Positions 1 through 9,587 of a stretch of DNA of 61,208 nt are shown piece by piece. The first letter of the stretch is position 1. The number at the start of each line of letters is the position of its first letter. Under the pieces are notes generated by a model. That model saw nothing but the letters and a program-made list of their open reading frames with translations. It did no database searches and was not told the DNA's origin. The stretch is taken from assembly GCA_913776885.1 (NCBI GenBank), contig CAJYQC010000418.1:1-61208 (forward strand), in the 5' to 3' direction. This stretch comes from an uncultured Variovorax sp. (GTDB lineage Bacteria; Pseudomonadota; Gammaproteobacteria; Burkholderiales; Burkholderiaceae_C). A program made the position numbers and the translations under genes.

Positions 1-118
1 CGCGAACGTCGAGTTCCGTCGCGAGGGCAGCCTTCAGACCGGCCGCCAGAGCCAGACCTGGCTGCGCACGGACGAAGGCTGGCGCGTGGTCGCCGCCCAC
101 GTGAGCCTGCTCGGCTGA
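1..118 (+). CDS. 3' end of AtzH/HpxZ-like (DUF3225) protein, partial
   Basis: Frame 2 reads [45 protein letters not shown]...[10 protein letters not shown] is the C-terminal signature of this family. Not in the ORF track because the window truncates it. Confidence 0.85.
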   Translation, partial: ANVEFRREGSLQTGRQSQTWLRTDEGWRVVAAHVSLLG

Positions 119-128
119 GCCCTCTCAA

Positions 129-144
129 GGGCACGTTTTTTGCA
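129..144 (+). promoter_or_regulatory. Putative sigma54 (-24/-12) promoter
   Basis: GGGCACGTTTTTTGCA: GG (130-131) and GC (142-143) separated by exactly 10 nt, about 25 nt before the ATG at 169 of a nitrogen-scavenging operon. Confidence 0.65.
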
Positions 145-168
145 CCTCAACCTGTAACGGAGAACGCC

Positions 169-1296
169 ATGACCCGCCATCTCAATCGCCGCGATTCGCT
201 CAAGACACTGGCCGCGCTGGGCACCGCCGGCAGCCTCGGAAGCTGGAGCGCGCTCGCCGCCGCCCAGGCCAAGCCCAAGCCGCTCACCGTCGGCGTGATC
301 TACGTCGGCGCGCGCGACGACTACGGCTACAACCAGGCGCACGCCATGGCCGCCGCCGAGATCAAGAAGCTGCCCGGCGTGAAGGTGGTGGAGGAAGAGA
401 ACGTGCCCGAGACTGCCGCCGTGCAGAAGACCATGGCCGGCATGATCTCGCAGGACGGCGCGGGCCTGCTCTTTCCGACCTCGTTCGGCTACTTCGATCC
501 GCACATCCTGGCCGTGGCGCCCAAGTACCCCGACGTGCGCTTCTCGCACTGCGGCGGCCTCTGGACCGAGGGCAAGCATCCGAAGAACGTCGGCAGCTTC
601 TTCGGCTACATCGACGAGTGCCAGTACCTCAACGGCGTGATCGCCGCGCACATGACGAAGAGCAACAAGATCGCCTTCGTCGCCGCCAAGCCCATTCCGC
701 AGGTGCTGCGCAACATCAACGCCTTCACGCTCGGCGCGCGTTCGGTCAAGCCGAACATCACCTGCAGCGTGATCTTCACGGGCGACTGGTCGATGGCGGT
801 GAAGGAGGCCGAGGCCACCAACAGCCTGGCCGACCAGGGCTGCGACGTGTTCACCATGCACGTGGACGGCCCCAAGGTGGTGGTCGAGACGGCCGCCAAG
901 CGCGGCAAGATGGTCTGCGGCTACCACGCGAGCCAGGCCAAGCTGGCGCCCAATGCGTACCTCACCGGCGCCGAGTGGAACTGGCTCACCGCCTACAAGA
1001 CCGTCATCGAGGCTGCGCAGACCGGCAAGCCGCACCCCAACTTCCTGCGCGGCGGCCTGAAGGAGGGCTACGTGAAGATGTCGGCCTACGGACCCATGGT
1101 GCCCGACGCCGCCAAGAAGCAGGCCGACGAGATCAAGGCGAAGATGATCGCGGGCAGCTTCGACATCTTCAAGGACGGCATCAAGGACAACAAGGGCGCG
1201 GTCGTCGTGCCCGCGGGCAAGGTCCTGAAGCAGACCGACCTGGAACTCGAGAAGATGAACTACCTCGTCGAAGGCGTCGTGGGAAGCATCGGATGA
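169..1296 (+). CDS. BMP-family ABC transporter substrate-binding protein with Tat signal
   Basis: N-terminal RRDSLK twin-arginine motif; VGxIYVG..DxGYNQAH and NAFTLGAR BMP motifs; GGAG RBS; followed by two permeases. Confidence 0.9.
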   Translation: MTRHLNRRDSLKTLAALGTAGSLGSWSALAAAQAKPKPLTVGVIYVGARDDYGYNQAHAMAAAEIKKLPGVKVVEEENVPETAAVQKTMAGMISQDGAGLLFPTSFGYFDPHILAVAPKYPDVRFSHCGGLWTEGKHPKNVGSFFGYIDECQYLNGVIAAHMTKSNKIAFVAAKPIPQVLRNINAFTLGARSVKPNITCSVIFTGDWSMAVKEAEATNSLADQGCDVFTMHVDGPKVVVETAAKRGKMVCGYHASQAKLAPNAYLTGAEWNWLTAYKTVIEAAQTGKPHPNFLRGGLKEGYVKMSAYGPMVPDAAKKQADEIKAKMIAGSFDIFKDGIKDNKGAVVVPAGKVLKQTDLELEKMNYLVEGVVGSIG

Positions 1297-1299
1297 CAT

Positions 1300-1392
1300 C
1301 CCCCAGGCTTCGCGCACCGCGCGGCGCTTCGCCCACCCCCGTTGCAAAGGGGCGCTGCCAGCGGCCCGGCGAAGCCGGTTGCGCGACGGCCC
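1300..1392 (+). repeat. Family A palindromic repeat (REP/MITE-like)
   Basis: CCCCAGGCTTCGCGCAC...CCCCC-n-GGGGGC...GCGGCCCGGCGAAGCCGGTTGCGCG; starts 3 nt after the stop at 1296. Confidence 0.85.
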
Positions 1393-1414
1393 TGGCCTGA
1401 AAGCAAACCTCATC

Positions 1415-2476
1415 ATGCGCAGTGTCCTCAAGGAGTTCTCCCTGCCGGTGTTCGCCATCGCGGCCGCGCTGCTGCTGTTCGGGCTGGTGGTGGCCTTCGC
1501 CGGCATCGACGCGGCGGAGGTCTGGGCCACGCTGTTCAAGGGCGCGTTCGGCGACTGGTTCTCGTGGCAGAACACGCTGCAGCGCGCCGCACCGCTGATG
1601 CTCACCGCGCTGTGCGTGGCGCTGCCCGCGCGCGCCGGCCTCATCGTGATCGGCGGCGAGGGCGCGCTGGTGCTGGGCGGGCTGGCGTGCGCGGCCCTGG
1701 CGCATGCGGTGCCGCTGCCCGGCAACGCCGTCGGCACGGCGATCGTCTGCATCGCGGGCGCCCTCGTCGGCGCGCTGTGGATCGTGCTCGCGGGCTGGCT
1801 GCGCCAGTACCGCGGCATCAACGAGACCATCAGCAGCCTGCTCTTGGCCTACATCGCCATCGGCGTCTTCAAGCACCTGGTCGAAGGGCCGCTGCGCGAC
1901 CCGGCCAGCCTCAACAAGCCGTCGACCTACGCGTTGAACGATGGGCTGCTGATCGGCGGCATCGGCGGCTCCGACGTGCACTGGGGCCTGGTGGTGGGCG
2001 TGGTGGCCTGCCTGGGGCTCGGCTGGTGGCTGCGCGCCACGGCATCGGGCTTCTCGGTGCGGGTGGTGGGCGGCAATCCGCGCACCGCGCAGCTCGTGGG
2101 GCTGCCGGCCACGCGGCTCATCCTTTCGGCCTGCGGGCTCGGCGGCGCGTGCGCGGGACTCGCGGGCGCCATCGAGGTGGCGGCAGTGCACACCAATGCG
2201 AACGCCTCGTTGATCGCGGGCTATGGCTACGCGGGCATCCTCGTTTCTTTCATCGCCCGGCACAACCCGGTGGCCATCGTGCCGGTGGCCATCCTGTTCG
2301 GCGGCTTCGGCGCGGCGGGCAGCCTGCTGCAGCGGCGGCTCGGCCTGCCCGATGCGTCGGTGCTGGTGCTGCAGGGCATCGCCTTCGTGCTGATCCTCGC
2401 GAGCGAGGGCCTGCGCACGGTGAACTGGAAGAAGTTCGGCGACCGCATGCTGCCCGAGGCAAGGAGCTACACATGA
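1415..2476 (+). CDS. ABC transporter permease (nucleoside/sugar type)
   Basis: Hydrophobic; IGGEG, NETISSLLL and GYGYAGILV motifs. Start moved to ATG 1415, downstream of the repeat. Confidence 0.88.
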   Translation: MRSVLKEFSLPVFAIAAALLLFGLVVAFAGIDAAEVWATLFKGAFGDWFSWQNTLQRAAPLMLTALCVALPARAGLIVIGGEGALVLGGLACAALAHAVPLPGNAVGTAIVCIAGALVGALWIVLAGWLRQYRGINETISSLLLAYIAIGVFKHLVEGPLRDPASLNKPSTYALNDGLLIGGIGGSDVHWGLVVGVVACLGLGWWLRATASGFSVRVVGGNPRTAQLVGLPATRLILSACGLGGACAGLAGAIEVAAVHTNANASLIAGYGYAGILVSFIARHNPVAIVPVAILFGGFGAAGSLLQRRLGLPDASVLVLQGIAFVLILASEGLRTVNWKKFGDRMLPEARSYT

Positions 2477-3396
2477 CGGCCGATCAGTGGATCGCGCTGA
2501 TCGCAGGCATCGTCGGCGGCGCGTTGCGCGTGGGCGCGCCCTTCCTCTTCGTGAGCCTGGGCGAGTGCCTGACCGAGAAGTCGGGCCGCATCAACCTCGG
2601 CCTCGAAGGCGTGCTGGTGCTGTCGGCCATGGCGGCCTTCGGCGGTGCGTATCTCACCGACTCCGCATGGCTCGGCGTGCTGATCGGCGCTGTGGCCGGC
2701 GCCGCGCTCGCGCTGCTGCACGGGCTGCTGTGTTCGCTCGACCGTGTGAACGACGTGGCGACCGGCATCGCGCTGATGCTGCTCGGCACCGGGCTCGCGT
2801 TCTACCTGGGCAAGCCGCTGATCCAGCCGCAGGCGCCGCAGATCCCGGCGATCCCGCTGGGTTTCTGGAGCGACAACGCGGTGGTGCGCTCGGCCCTGCA
2901 GCTCAACGCGCTGGTGCCGATCGGCGTGGCGCTGGCGGTGCTGCTGTGGTGGGGCTTCGCCCGCACGCGCGCCGGTCTGCTGGTGCGCATGGCGGGCGAC
3001 TCGGCGCAGGCGACTCGTGCGCTCGGCTACTCGGTCTCGGGCCTGCGCATCGCGGCTACCACGGCGGGCGGCTTCATCGCGGGGCTGGGCGGCGCGTCGC
3101 TCACGCTCTTCTATCCGGGCAGCTGGAATGAAGGCATCTCCAGCGGCCAGGGCCTGATCGCGGTGGCGCTGGTGATCTTCGCGCGCTGGAGCCCGCTGCG
3201 CTGCGTGGGCGCGGCGTTGCTCTTCGGCGGTGCCGGAGCCATCGGGCCGGCGCTGCAGTCCATCGGCATCGGCTGGGGCTACCACCTCTTCAACACCGTG
3301 CCCTATGTGCTCACGCTGGTGATTCTCGTGTTCACCTGCAGGCCGGGCAGCGCCGCCGCTGGCAGCCCCGGCGAACTTTCATCGACAAGGAGCTGA
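2473..3396 (+). CDS. ABC transporter permease (nucleoside/sugar type)
   Basis: MTADQW..., EKSGRINLGLEG and GQGLIAVALVIF motifs; AAGGAG RBS; ATGA overlap with the previous gene. Confidence 0.9.
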   Translation: MTADQWIALIAGIVGGALRVGAPFLFVSLGECLTEKSGRINLGLEGVLVLSAMAAFGGAYLTDSAWLGVLIGAVAGAALALLHGLLCSLDRVNDVATGIALMLLGTGLAFYLGKPLIQPQAPQIPAIPLGFWSDNAVVRSALQLNALVPIGVALAVLLWWGFARTRAGLLVRMAGDSAQATRALGYSVSGLRIAATTAGGFIAGLGGASLTLFYPGSWNEGISSGQGLIAVALVIFARWSPLRCVGAALLFGGAGAIGPALQSIGIGWGYHLFNTVPYVLTLVILVFTCRPGSAAAGSPGELSSTRS

Positions 3397-3401
3397 GCCT
3401 C

Positions 3402-4394
3402 ATGAGCGGTCTTGGAGGCCTCAACAAATCGCCGCACGGTGTCGTCGTCGGGCTCGTGCAGCTGCAATTGCCGAACGTGAAGACACCGGCCGATCTCCGC
3501 GCGCAAACGCAGCGCATCTGCGAGATGGTGGGCAAGGCGCGTCGCAACCAGTCGACCATGGACCTGGTGGTGTTCCCGGAGTACGCGCTGCACGGGCTCT
3601 CTATGGACACCAACCCGGAGATCATGTGCACGCTCGACGGCCCGGAAGTGTCGGCCTTCAGGAGTGCCTGCATCGAACACCGCATCTGGGGCTGCTTCTC
3701 CATCATGGAGGCCAACCCCGGCGGCAACCCGTACAACAGCGGCCTGATCATCGACGACCATGGCGAGACCAGGCTCTACTACCGCAAGCTGCACCCGTGG
3801 GTGCCGGTCGAGCCATGGGAGCCCGGCAACCTCGGCATTCCGGTATGCGACGGACCCAACGGCAGCAAGCTCTCGCTCATCATCTGCCATGACGGCATGT
3901 TCCCCGAGATGGCGCGCGAGGCCGCGTACAAGGGTGCGGACATCATCCTGCGCACCGCCGGCTACACCGCGCCCATCCGCCACGCCTGGAAGATCACCAA
4001 TCAGGCCAACGCCTTCTGCAATCTCGCCTATACCGCAAGCGTGTGCCTGTGCGGCAGCGACGGCAGCTTCGACTCGATGGGCGAGGGCATGTTCTGCAAC
4101 TTCGACGGCACGGTGCTGGTGGAAGGCGGCGGCCGCGTCGACGAGATCATCACCGCCGAACTGCGCCCCGACCTCGTGCGCGAGGCCCGCACGGGCTGGG
4201 GCGTGGAGAACAACATCTACCAGCTCTACCACCGCGGATACGTCGCGGTGAAGGGCGGCGCGCAGGACTGCCCCTACACCTACATGCACGACATGGCCGC
4301 CGGCACCTACAGGCTGCCGTGGAGCGCCGAGGTGAAGGTGACCGACGGCACGAGTTGCGGCTTCGCGCCGCCGCAGCGCAACTACGCAGGATGA
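3402..4394 (+). CDS. Formamidase/aliphatic amidase-like nitrilase-superfamily enzyme
   Basis: E-K-C triad motifs [22 protein letters not shown] and [10 protein letters not shown], typical of AmiF-like formamidases. Confidence 0.88.
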   Translation: MSGLGGLNKSPHGVVVGLVQLQLPNVKTPADLRAQTQRICEMVGKARRNQSTMDLVVFPEYALHGLSMDTNPEIMCTLDGPEVSAFRSACIEHRIWGCFSIMEANPGGNPYNSGLIIDDHGETRLYYRKLHPWVPVEPWEPGNLGIPVCDGPNGSKLSLIICHDGMFPEMAREAAYKGADIILRTAGYTAPIRHAWKITNQANAFCNLAYTASVCLCGSDGSFDSMGEGMFCNFDGTVLVEGGGRVDEIITAELRPDLVREARTGWGVENNIYQLYHRGYVAVKGGAQDCPYTYMHDMAAGTYRLPWSAEVKVTDGTSCGFAPPQRNYAG

Positions 4395-4398
4395 ACCC

Positions 4399-5112
4399 AT
4401 GACCACTTCCATCGCCAATACCACCGAACGCCACGTCGCCGCCGAGCCCTACGCCTGGCCCTACAACGGCGCACTGCGCCCCGACAACACCGCGCTCATC
4501 GTCATCGACATGCAGACCGACTTCTGCGGCAAGGGCGGCTATGTCGACGTGATGGGCTACGACCTTTCGCTGGTGCAGGCGCCGATCCAGCCGATCGCGC
4601 GCACGCTGGCAGCGCTGCGGCCGCTGGGCTATCACGTCATCCATACGCGTGAGGGCCACCGGCCCGACCTCGGCGACCTGCCGGCCAACAAGCGCTGGCG
4701 CTCGCGGCAGATCGGCGCGAACGGCGTGGGCATCGGCGACGACGGGCCCTGCGGGCGCATCCTGGTGCGCGGCGAGCCGGGCTGGGAGATCATTCCCGAG
4801 CTGGCGCCGCTGCCCGGCGAGGTCATCATCGACAAGCCCGGCAAGGGCTCGTTCTACGCGACCGACCTCGAACTGATCCTGCGCACGCGCGGCATCGAGA
4901 ACATCATCCTCGCCGGCATCACCACCGACGTGTGCGTGCACACCACCATGCGCGACGCGAACGACCGCGGCTTCGAATGCCTGCTGCTGTCCGACTGCAC
5001 GGCCGCCACCGACTACGGCAACCACCTCGCCGCGCTGAAGATGATCACGATGCAGGGCGGCGTGTTCGGCGCGCACGCCACGTCGCAGGCGCTGCTGGCG
5101 GCGCTCGGCTGA
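4399..5112 (+). CDS. biuH: Biuret hydrolase (isochorismatase-like cysteine hydrolase)
   Basis: [48 protein letters not shown] and MQGGVFG closely match recalled BiuH sequence. Confidence 0.88.
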   Translation: MTTSIANTTERHVAAEPYAWPYNGALRPDNTALIVIDMQTDFCGKGGYVDVMGYDLSLVQAPIQPIARTLAALRPLGYHVIHTREGHRPDLGDLPANKRWRSRQIGANGVGIGDDGPCGRILVRGEPGWEIIPELAPLPGEVIIDKPGKGSFYATDLELILRTRGIENIILAGITTDVCVHTTMRDANDRGFECLLLSDCTAATDYGNHLAALKMITMQGGVFGAHATSQALLAALG

Positions 5113-5117
5113 CCGTC

Positions 5118-6710
5118 ATGGGCGCCGCGTCTTCTTCCACCCACGCGATCGGCGGGCTGCCCGCGGGCGTCGGCGCGCTCGCGCTAGACACCTACGAGCT
5201 CACCAAGCGCTTCGGCGACTTCACGGCTATGGACCGCGTGACGATGCACGTGGAGCCCGGCACGGTGCACGCGCTGCTCGGCGAGAACGGGGCTGGCAAG
5301 AGCACGCTGGTGAAGTGCGTGGCCGGCTTCCAGCGCGCGGAGGAGGGCAGCATCCTGATCGACGGGCGCGAACAGGACATCGCCAACCCGATCGTGGCGC
5401 GCGCGCTGGGCATCGGCATGGTCTACCAGCACTTCACGCTGGCACCTGGGATGACGGTGGCCGAGAACCTGCTGCTCGCCGGCGGCAAGACGCCCGCGGT
5501 CATCGACTGGAAGGGCAAGCGCGCGGAGCTGGAGGCCTTCCTGGCGACCACGCCGTTCAGCCTCGATCTCGACGTGCGGCCTTCGGAGCTCGCGGCCGGC
5601 GAGAAGCAGAAGCTGGAACTGCTCAAGCAGCTGTACCTGAAGCCGCGCCTGTTGATCCTCGACGAGCCGACCTCTGTGCTCACGCCGCAGGAGGCCGACG
5701 AGGTGCTGGGCCACGTGCGCGAGTTCGCGCGCAGCGGGCTTTGCACGGTGCTGATCATCACGCACAAGTTCCGCGAGGTGATGTCGTATGCCGACAGCGT
5801 GACGGTGCTCAGGCGCGGCAGGGCGGTGCACCATTGCCGCGTGGCCGACACCAGTCCGGGGCAGTTGGCGCAGGCGATGATGGGCGCCGAGCAGGCTGCA
5901 GCTTCGCCGGCGGAGGCTGCGGTCGCGAGAAGGGCCGTGTCGACGGGTGCGCCGGTGGCTCTGCAGGTCGAAGGACTCCAGGCGCAGGGCGATCGCGGAA
6001 CGCTGGCGCTGCACGGGCTGAGCCTGTCGGTCCGTGCCGGGGAGATCCTCGGCGTGGCGGGCGTCTCCGGCAACGGGCAGCGCGAGCTGGTCGAAGCGCT
6101 CGTCGGGCAGCGCCCTCGCCTGGCCGGCAAAGTCAGCGTGATGGGGCAGCCCTACGCCGCGCGCCGCGCCGAGAACCGGGAACTCAAGGTGCGCAGCCTG
6201 CCGGAGGAGCCGTTGCGCAACGCATGCGTCGGCGATCTGAGCGTCGCGGAGAACATGGCGCTGCGCGACTTCGACCAGCCGCCGCTGTCGCGCGCGGGCG
6301 TGCTGAACTTTCCCTACTGGCGCAGCAGGGCGCGCGAGTGGATCGCCGAGTACGGCGTGAAGACGCGAGGCGAGGGCGCGCCGATCCGCAGCCTTTCTGG
6401 CGGCAACGTGCAGCGCGCGGTGCTGGCGCGCGAGCTGGCGGGCGACATCAATGTGCTGATCGCGGCGAACCCGGTGTTCGGGCTGGACTTCGCTGCGGTC
6501 GCGGAGATCCATTCGCGCATCGTGCAGGTGCGGGAGAAGGGCGGTGCCGTTCTTCTGATCAGCGAGGACCTCGACGAGCTGCTCGAACTGGCGGATCGCA
6601 TCGTCGTGATGAGCGAGGGGCGGATCGTGTTCGAGACATCGGCTTCTGGCGCCGAGCGTCATGTGATCGGGGCGCACATGGGCGGTGGGCATCACCAGGT
6701 GGCTGCATGA
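5118..6710 (+). CDS. ABC transporter ATP-binding protein (two NBDs, sugar/nucleoside type)
   Basis: GENGAGKST Walker A, LILDEPT, second-domain [16 protein letters not shown]. Confidence 0.92.
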   Translation: MGAASSSTHAIGGLPAGVGALALDTYELTKRFGDFTAMDRVTMHVEPGTVHALLGENGAGKSTLVKCVAGFQRAEEGSILIDGREQDIANPIVARALGIGMVYQHFTLAPGMTVAENLLLAGGKTPAVIDWKGKRAELEAFLATTPFSLDLDVRPSELAAGEKQKLELLKQLYLKPRLLILDEPTSVLTPQEADEVLGHVREFARSGLCTVLIITHKFREVMSYADSVTVLRRGRAVHHCRVADTSPGQLAQAMMGAEQAAASPAEAAVARRAVSTGAPVALQVEGLQAQGDRGTLALHGLSLSVRAGEILGVAGVSGNGQRELVEALVGQRPRLAGKVSVMGQPYAARRAENRELKVRSLPEEPLRNACVGDLSVAENMALRDFDQPPLSRAGVLNFPYWRSRAREWIAEYGVKTRGEGAPIRSLSGGNVQRAVLARELAGDINVLIAANPVFGLDFAAVAEIHSRIVQVREKGGAVLLISEDLDELLELADRIVVMSEGRIVFETSASGAERHVIGAHMGGGHHQVAA

Positions 6711-6775
6711 ATGCTCTTCCTGCTTTTTCGGCTCCGCCCGGCGAGCGGCACGGCCCGGCCGCCCCCACGATGCCG

Positions 6776-6890
6776 GCCGCTTCGCGGCTGCCCTGCGGTG
6801 CTCCCGTTTCGCGGGGTCTCGCAGAACTCGCTTCGCTCGAACAGCTGCAAGCCTTTGTCCGCGAAACGCTGCGCTCCTCGGCGGCACAGA
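6776..6890. repeat. Family D palindromic insertion element (single copy in window)
   Basis: Stem CGTTTCGCGG (6805-6814) / CCGCGAAACG (6859-6868) enclosing AACTCGCTTCGCTCGAACAG; lies in a 262-nt gap of an otherwise tightly packed operon. Confidence 0.55.
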
Positions 6891-6972
6891 TGGGGCGACC
6901 GCGCCGCACCGCCCGCCGGGCTCTGTCGTGGGGCGAAAGCCGTCGCTGGCCGGCACATTCTTGAGAACCAGC

Positions 6973-7653
6973 ATGCGCATAGAACAAGCCAACCCATTCC
7001 CCTACGAATTCGACATCGCCAGCACTGCGCTCGTGCTGATCGACATGCAGCGCGACTTCATCGAGCCCGGCGGCTTCGGCGAGACGCTGGGCAACGACGT
7101 GTCGCTGCTCGAAGCCATCGTTCCGGCGACGAAAGTGGTGCTAGGAGCGTGGCGGGAGGCGGGCGGCCTCGTGGTGCACACGCGCGAGGCGCACAAGGCC
7201 GATCTTTCCGATTGCCCGCCCGCCAAGCGCAACCGCGGCAACCCCATGCTGCGCATCGGCGACGATGGGCCGATGGGCCGCATCCTCGTGGCGGGCGAGC
7301 CGGGCAACCAGATCATCGAGGCGCTCGCGCCCGTGGAGGGCGAGATCGTGATCGACAAGCCGGGCAAGGGCGCCTTCTACGCCACCGGCCTGCACGAGCT
7401 GCTGCAGGCGCGCGGCATCACGCATCTGCTGTTCGGCGGCGTCACGACCGAGGTCTGCGTGCAGACCAGCATGCGCGAAGCCAACGACCGCGGCTACGAC
7501 TGCCTGCTGCTAGAGGACTGCACCGAAAGCTACTTTTCCGCCTTCAAGGCGGCGACGCTGGACATGGTGCGCGCGCAGGGCGCCATCGTCGGCTGGACGG
7601 CGCCGGGCAGCGCGCTCGTCGCGGCGCTGAAGAAGATGCCGCAGCAGCAATGA
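6973..7653 (+). CDS. trtA: Triuret hydrolase (cysteine hydrolase)
   Basis: [58 protein letters not shown] and QGAIVGW resemble recalled TrtA rather than BiuH; clustered with biuH. Confidence 0.8.
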   Translation: MRIEQANPFPYEFDIASTALVLIDMQRDFIEPGGFGETLGNDVSLLEAIVPATKVVLGAWREAGGLVVHTREAHKADLSDCPPAKRNRGNPMLRIGDDGPMGRILVAGEPGNQIIEALAPVEGEIVIDKPGKGAFYATGLHELLQARGITHLLFGGVTTEVCVQTSMREANDRGYDCLLLEDCTESYFSAFKAATLDMVRAQGAIVGWTAPGSALVAALKKMPQQQ

Positions 7654-7695
7654 CGACGACCATGGCCGACCGCGCCAGCGACTAACATTCCACCC

Positions 7696-8439
7696 GTGTC
7701 CACCGTCCGCCCCCGCCCAGACGCTTCCGCTCCCGCCGCCGCCGACGCGTCCGCCTTCCGAACGCGTGCCGACGAGGTCTACGCGCAGCTCAAGCGCGAC
7801 GTGGCCGACTTCATCCTCGTGCCCGGCGACCGCTTCACCGAAGGCGAGATCAGCGACCGCCTCGGCGTGTCGCGCACGCCGGTGCGGCAGGCACTCTTCA
7901 GGCTGCAGCAGGAGGGCTTCGTCGAGGTGCTCTTCCGCAGCGGCTGGCGCGTGCTGCCCTTCGACTTCGACCAGTTCGAGCAGCTCTACGACCTGCGCAT
8001 GGTGCTGGAGACCACCGCGGTGCACCGCCTGTGCGAGACCGACCGCCACATCGACCGCGGCCTGCTCGACACGCTGGCCGACATCTGGCTCGTGCCCGCG
8101 GCGCAGCGCAGCACCGACATGGCCCAGGTGGCGCAGTGGGACGAAGCCTTCCACTGCGCGCTGGTGGCGGCCGCCGGCAATGCCGAGATGGCGCGCGTGC
8201 ACGGCGACGTGACCGACCGCATCCGCATCATCCGCCGGCTCGACTTCACCAAGCAGCCGCGCATCGACGCCACCTACGACGAGCACGCCAAGATATTGAA
8301 GGCCGTGCGCGCGAACCGCGGCGACCAGGCCGCGATGCTGCTGCGCGCGCACATCGAGACCAGCCAGGCCGAGGTGCGCAAGATCACGCTGCATCAGGTG
8401 CATCTGGCGCGGCACGCGGGGAAGGGCGCGCCGCGCTGA
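7696..8439 (+). CDS. GntR-family (FCD domain) transcriptional regulator
   Basis: HTH LGVSRTPVRQAL; DEAFHCALVAAAGN and EHAKIL FCD motifs. Confidence 0.92.
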   Translation: MSTVRPRPDASAPAAADASAFRTRADEVYAQLKRDVADFILVPGDRFTEGEISDRLGVSRTPVRQALFRLQQEGFVEVLFRSGWRVLPFDFDQFEQLYDLRMVLETTAVHRLCETDRHIDRGLLDTLADIWLVPAAQRSTDMAQVAQWDEAFHCALVAAAGNAEMARVHGDVTDRIRIIRRLDFTKQPRIDATYDEHAKILKAVRANRGDQAAMLLRAHIETSQAEVRKITLHQVHLARHAGKGAPR

Positions 8440-8447
8440 GGGAAGTT

Positions 8448-8561
8448 GCTCCTTCCCCCACTGGGGGAAGGTCGGGATGGGGGCAAGCGGCCTTCTTGAG
8501 GCAGCGAAGTGTGCAAGGGCCGCTTGCCCCCACCCCGGCCCTCCCCCAGCGGGGGAGGGAG
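8448..8561. repeat. Family E REP doublet (CCTTCCCCC/GGGGGAAGG type)
   Basis: Two hairpins CTTCCCCC-act-GGGGGAAG and CCCTCCCC-cagc-GGGGGAGGG in inverted arrangement between convergent genes. Confidence 0.8.
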
Positions 8562-8574
8562 AAAGAAGACGGCC

Positions 8575-9543
8575 TCAATCAGCCGTGATGTTCCCGCGCT
8601 TCACCACGCCAGCCCAGCGGTCCGCATCCTTCTTCACCAACGCGCCGAACTCCGCCGGCGTCGAGCTCGCCGGCACCATGCCCTGCGACTCGAAGGACTT
8701 CGCCACATCGGGCTGCTTGAGCACCGCCGCGATCTCCTTGTTGAGCCGCGCCACCACGTCCGGCGGCGTGCCCTTGGGCGCGAGCACGCCGTACCACATG
8801 TCGACGTTGTCGGCGGTCACGCCCGCCTCTGCGAGCGTGGGCACGTCGGGCAACTGCGGCAGGCGCTTGCTGCTGCCGGTGGCGATGGCCTTGAGCTTGC
8901 CGGCCTGGATGTGCTGCAGCGCCACGTGCACCGGCAGGAACATGTAGTCGATGCGCCCGCCGAGCAGGTCGGTCACCGCGCCGGCCGTGCCCTTGTAGGG
9001 CACGTGCAGCATCTCTGTGCCCGTGCCCTGCATGAGAAGCGCCATCGACAGGTGATGCGGCGTGCCCACGCCGGGCGTGGCGTAGGTCAGCTTGCCGGGG
9101 GCTGCCTTGGCAGCGCTCACCATCTGCTGCACCGACGACACCTTCTGCACGTTCGGATTGGTCACCAGCAGCAGCGTGCCCCAGGACGTGAGCGACACGG
9201 GTGCGAAGTCGTTAACCGGGTCGTAGCTCAGCGAGCGGTAGAGGCTGCGGTTCATCACCAGCGTGTTGACCTGCACCAGCAGCGTGTAGCCGTCGGGCTT
9301 GGCGCGCGCCACGCGCTCGCTGCCGATGTTGCCGCTGGCGCCGGCCACGTTCTCCACGACCACCGGCTGGCCCAGGCTGGCGGGCAGTCTCGCCGAGAGC
9401 TGGCGGGCGATCAGGTCGATGCCGGTGCCGGGGGTGTAGGGCACCACCAGCGTGATGGCCTGGTCGGGCCAGGCGAAGGCGGTGGTTGCGGTGCCTGCCA
9501 TGACGAGCAGGGCGGCGAGGGTCTTCTTGATCAGCGAGCGCAT
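8575..9543 (-). CDS. Bug/TctC tripartite tricarboxylate transporter substrate-binding protein
   Basis: Signal peptide MRSLIKKTLAALL; VVPYTPG, VENVAGASGNIG, PDGYTLL, HVPYKG; GGAGAC RBS. Confidence 0.93.
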   Translation of the reverse strand: MRSLIKKTLAALLVMAGTATTAFAWPDQAITLVVPYTPGTGIDLIARQLSARLPASLGQPVVVENVAGASGNIGSERVARAKPDGYTLLVQVNTLVMNRSLYRSLSYDPVNDFAPVSLTSWGTLLLVTNPNVQKVSSVQQMVSAAKAAPGKLTYATPGVGTPHHLSMALLMQGTGTEMLHVPYKGTAGAVTDLLGGRIDYMFLPVHVALQHIQAGKLKAIATGSSKRLPQLPDVPTLAEAGVTADNVDMWYGVLAPKGTPPDVVARLNKEIAAVLKQPDVAKSFESQGMVPASSTPAEFGALVKKDADRWAGVVKRGNITAD

Positions 9544-9587
9544 GGTTTCTTGTGTCTCCGGGTTCTTCTGTGGGTTGCCTGTCCAGT

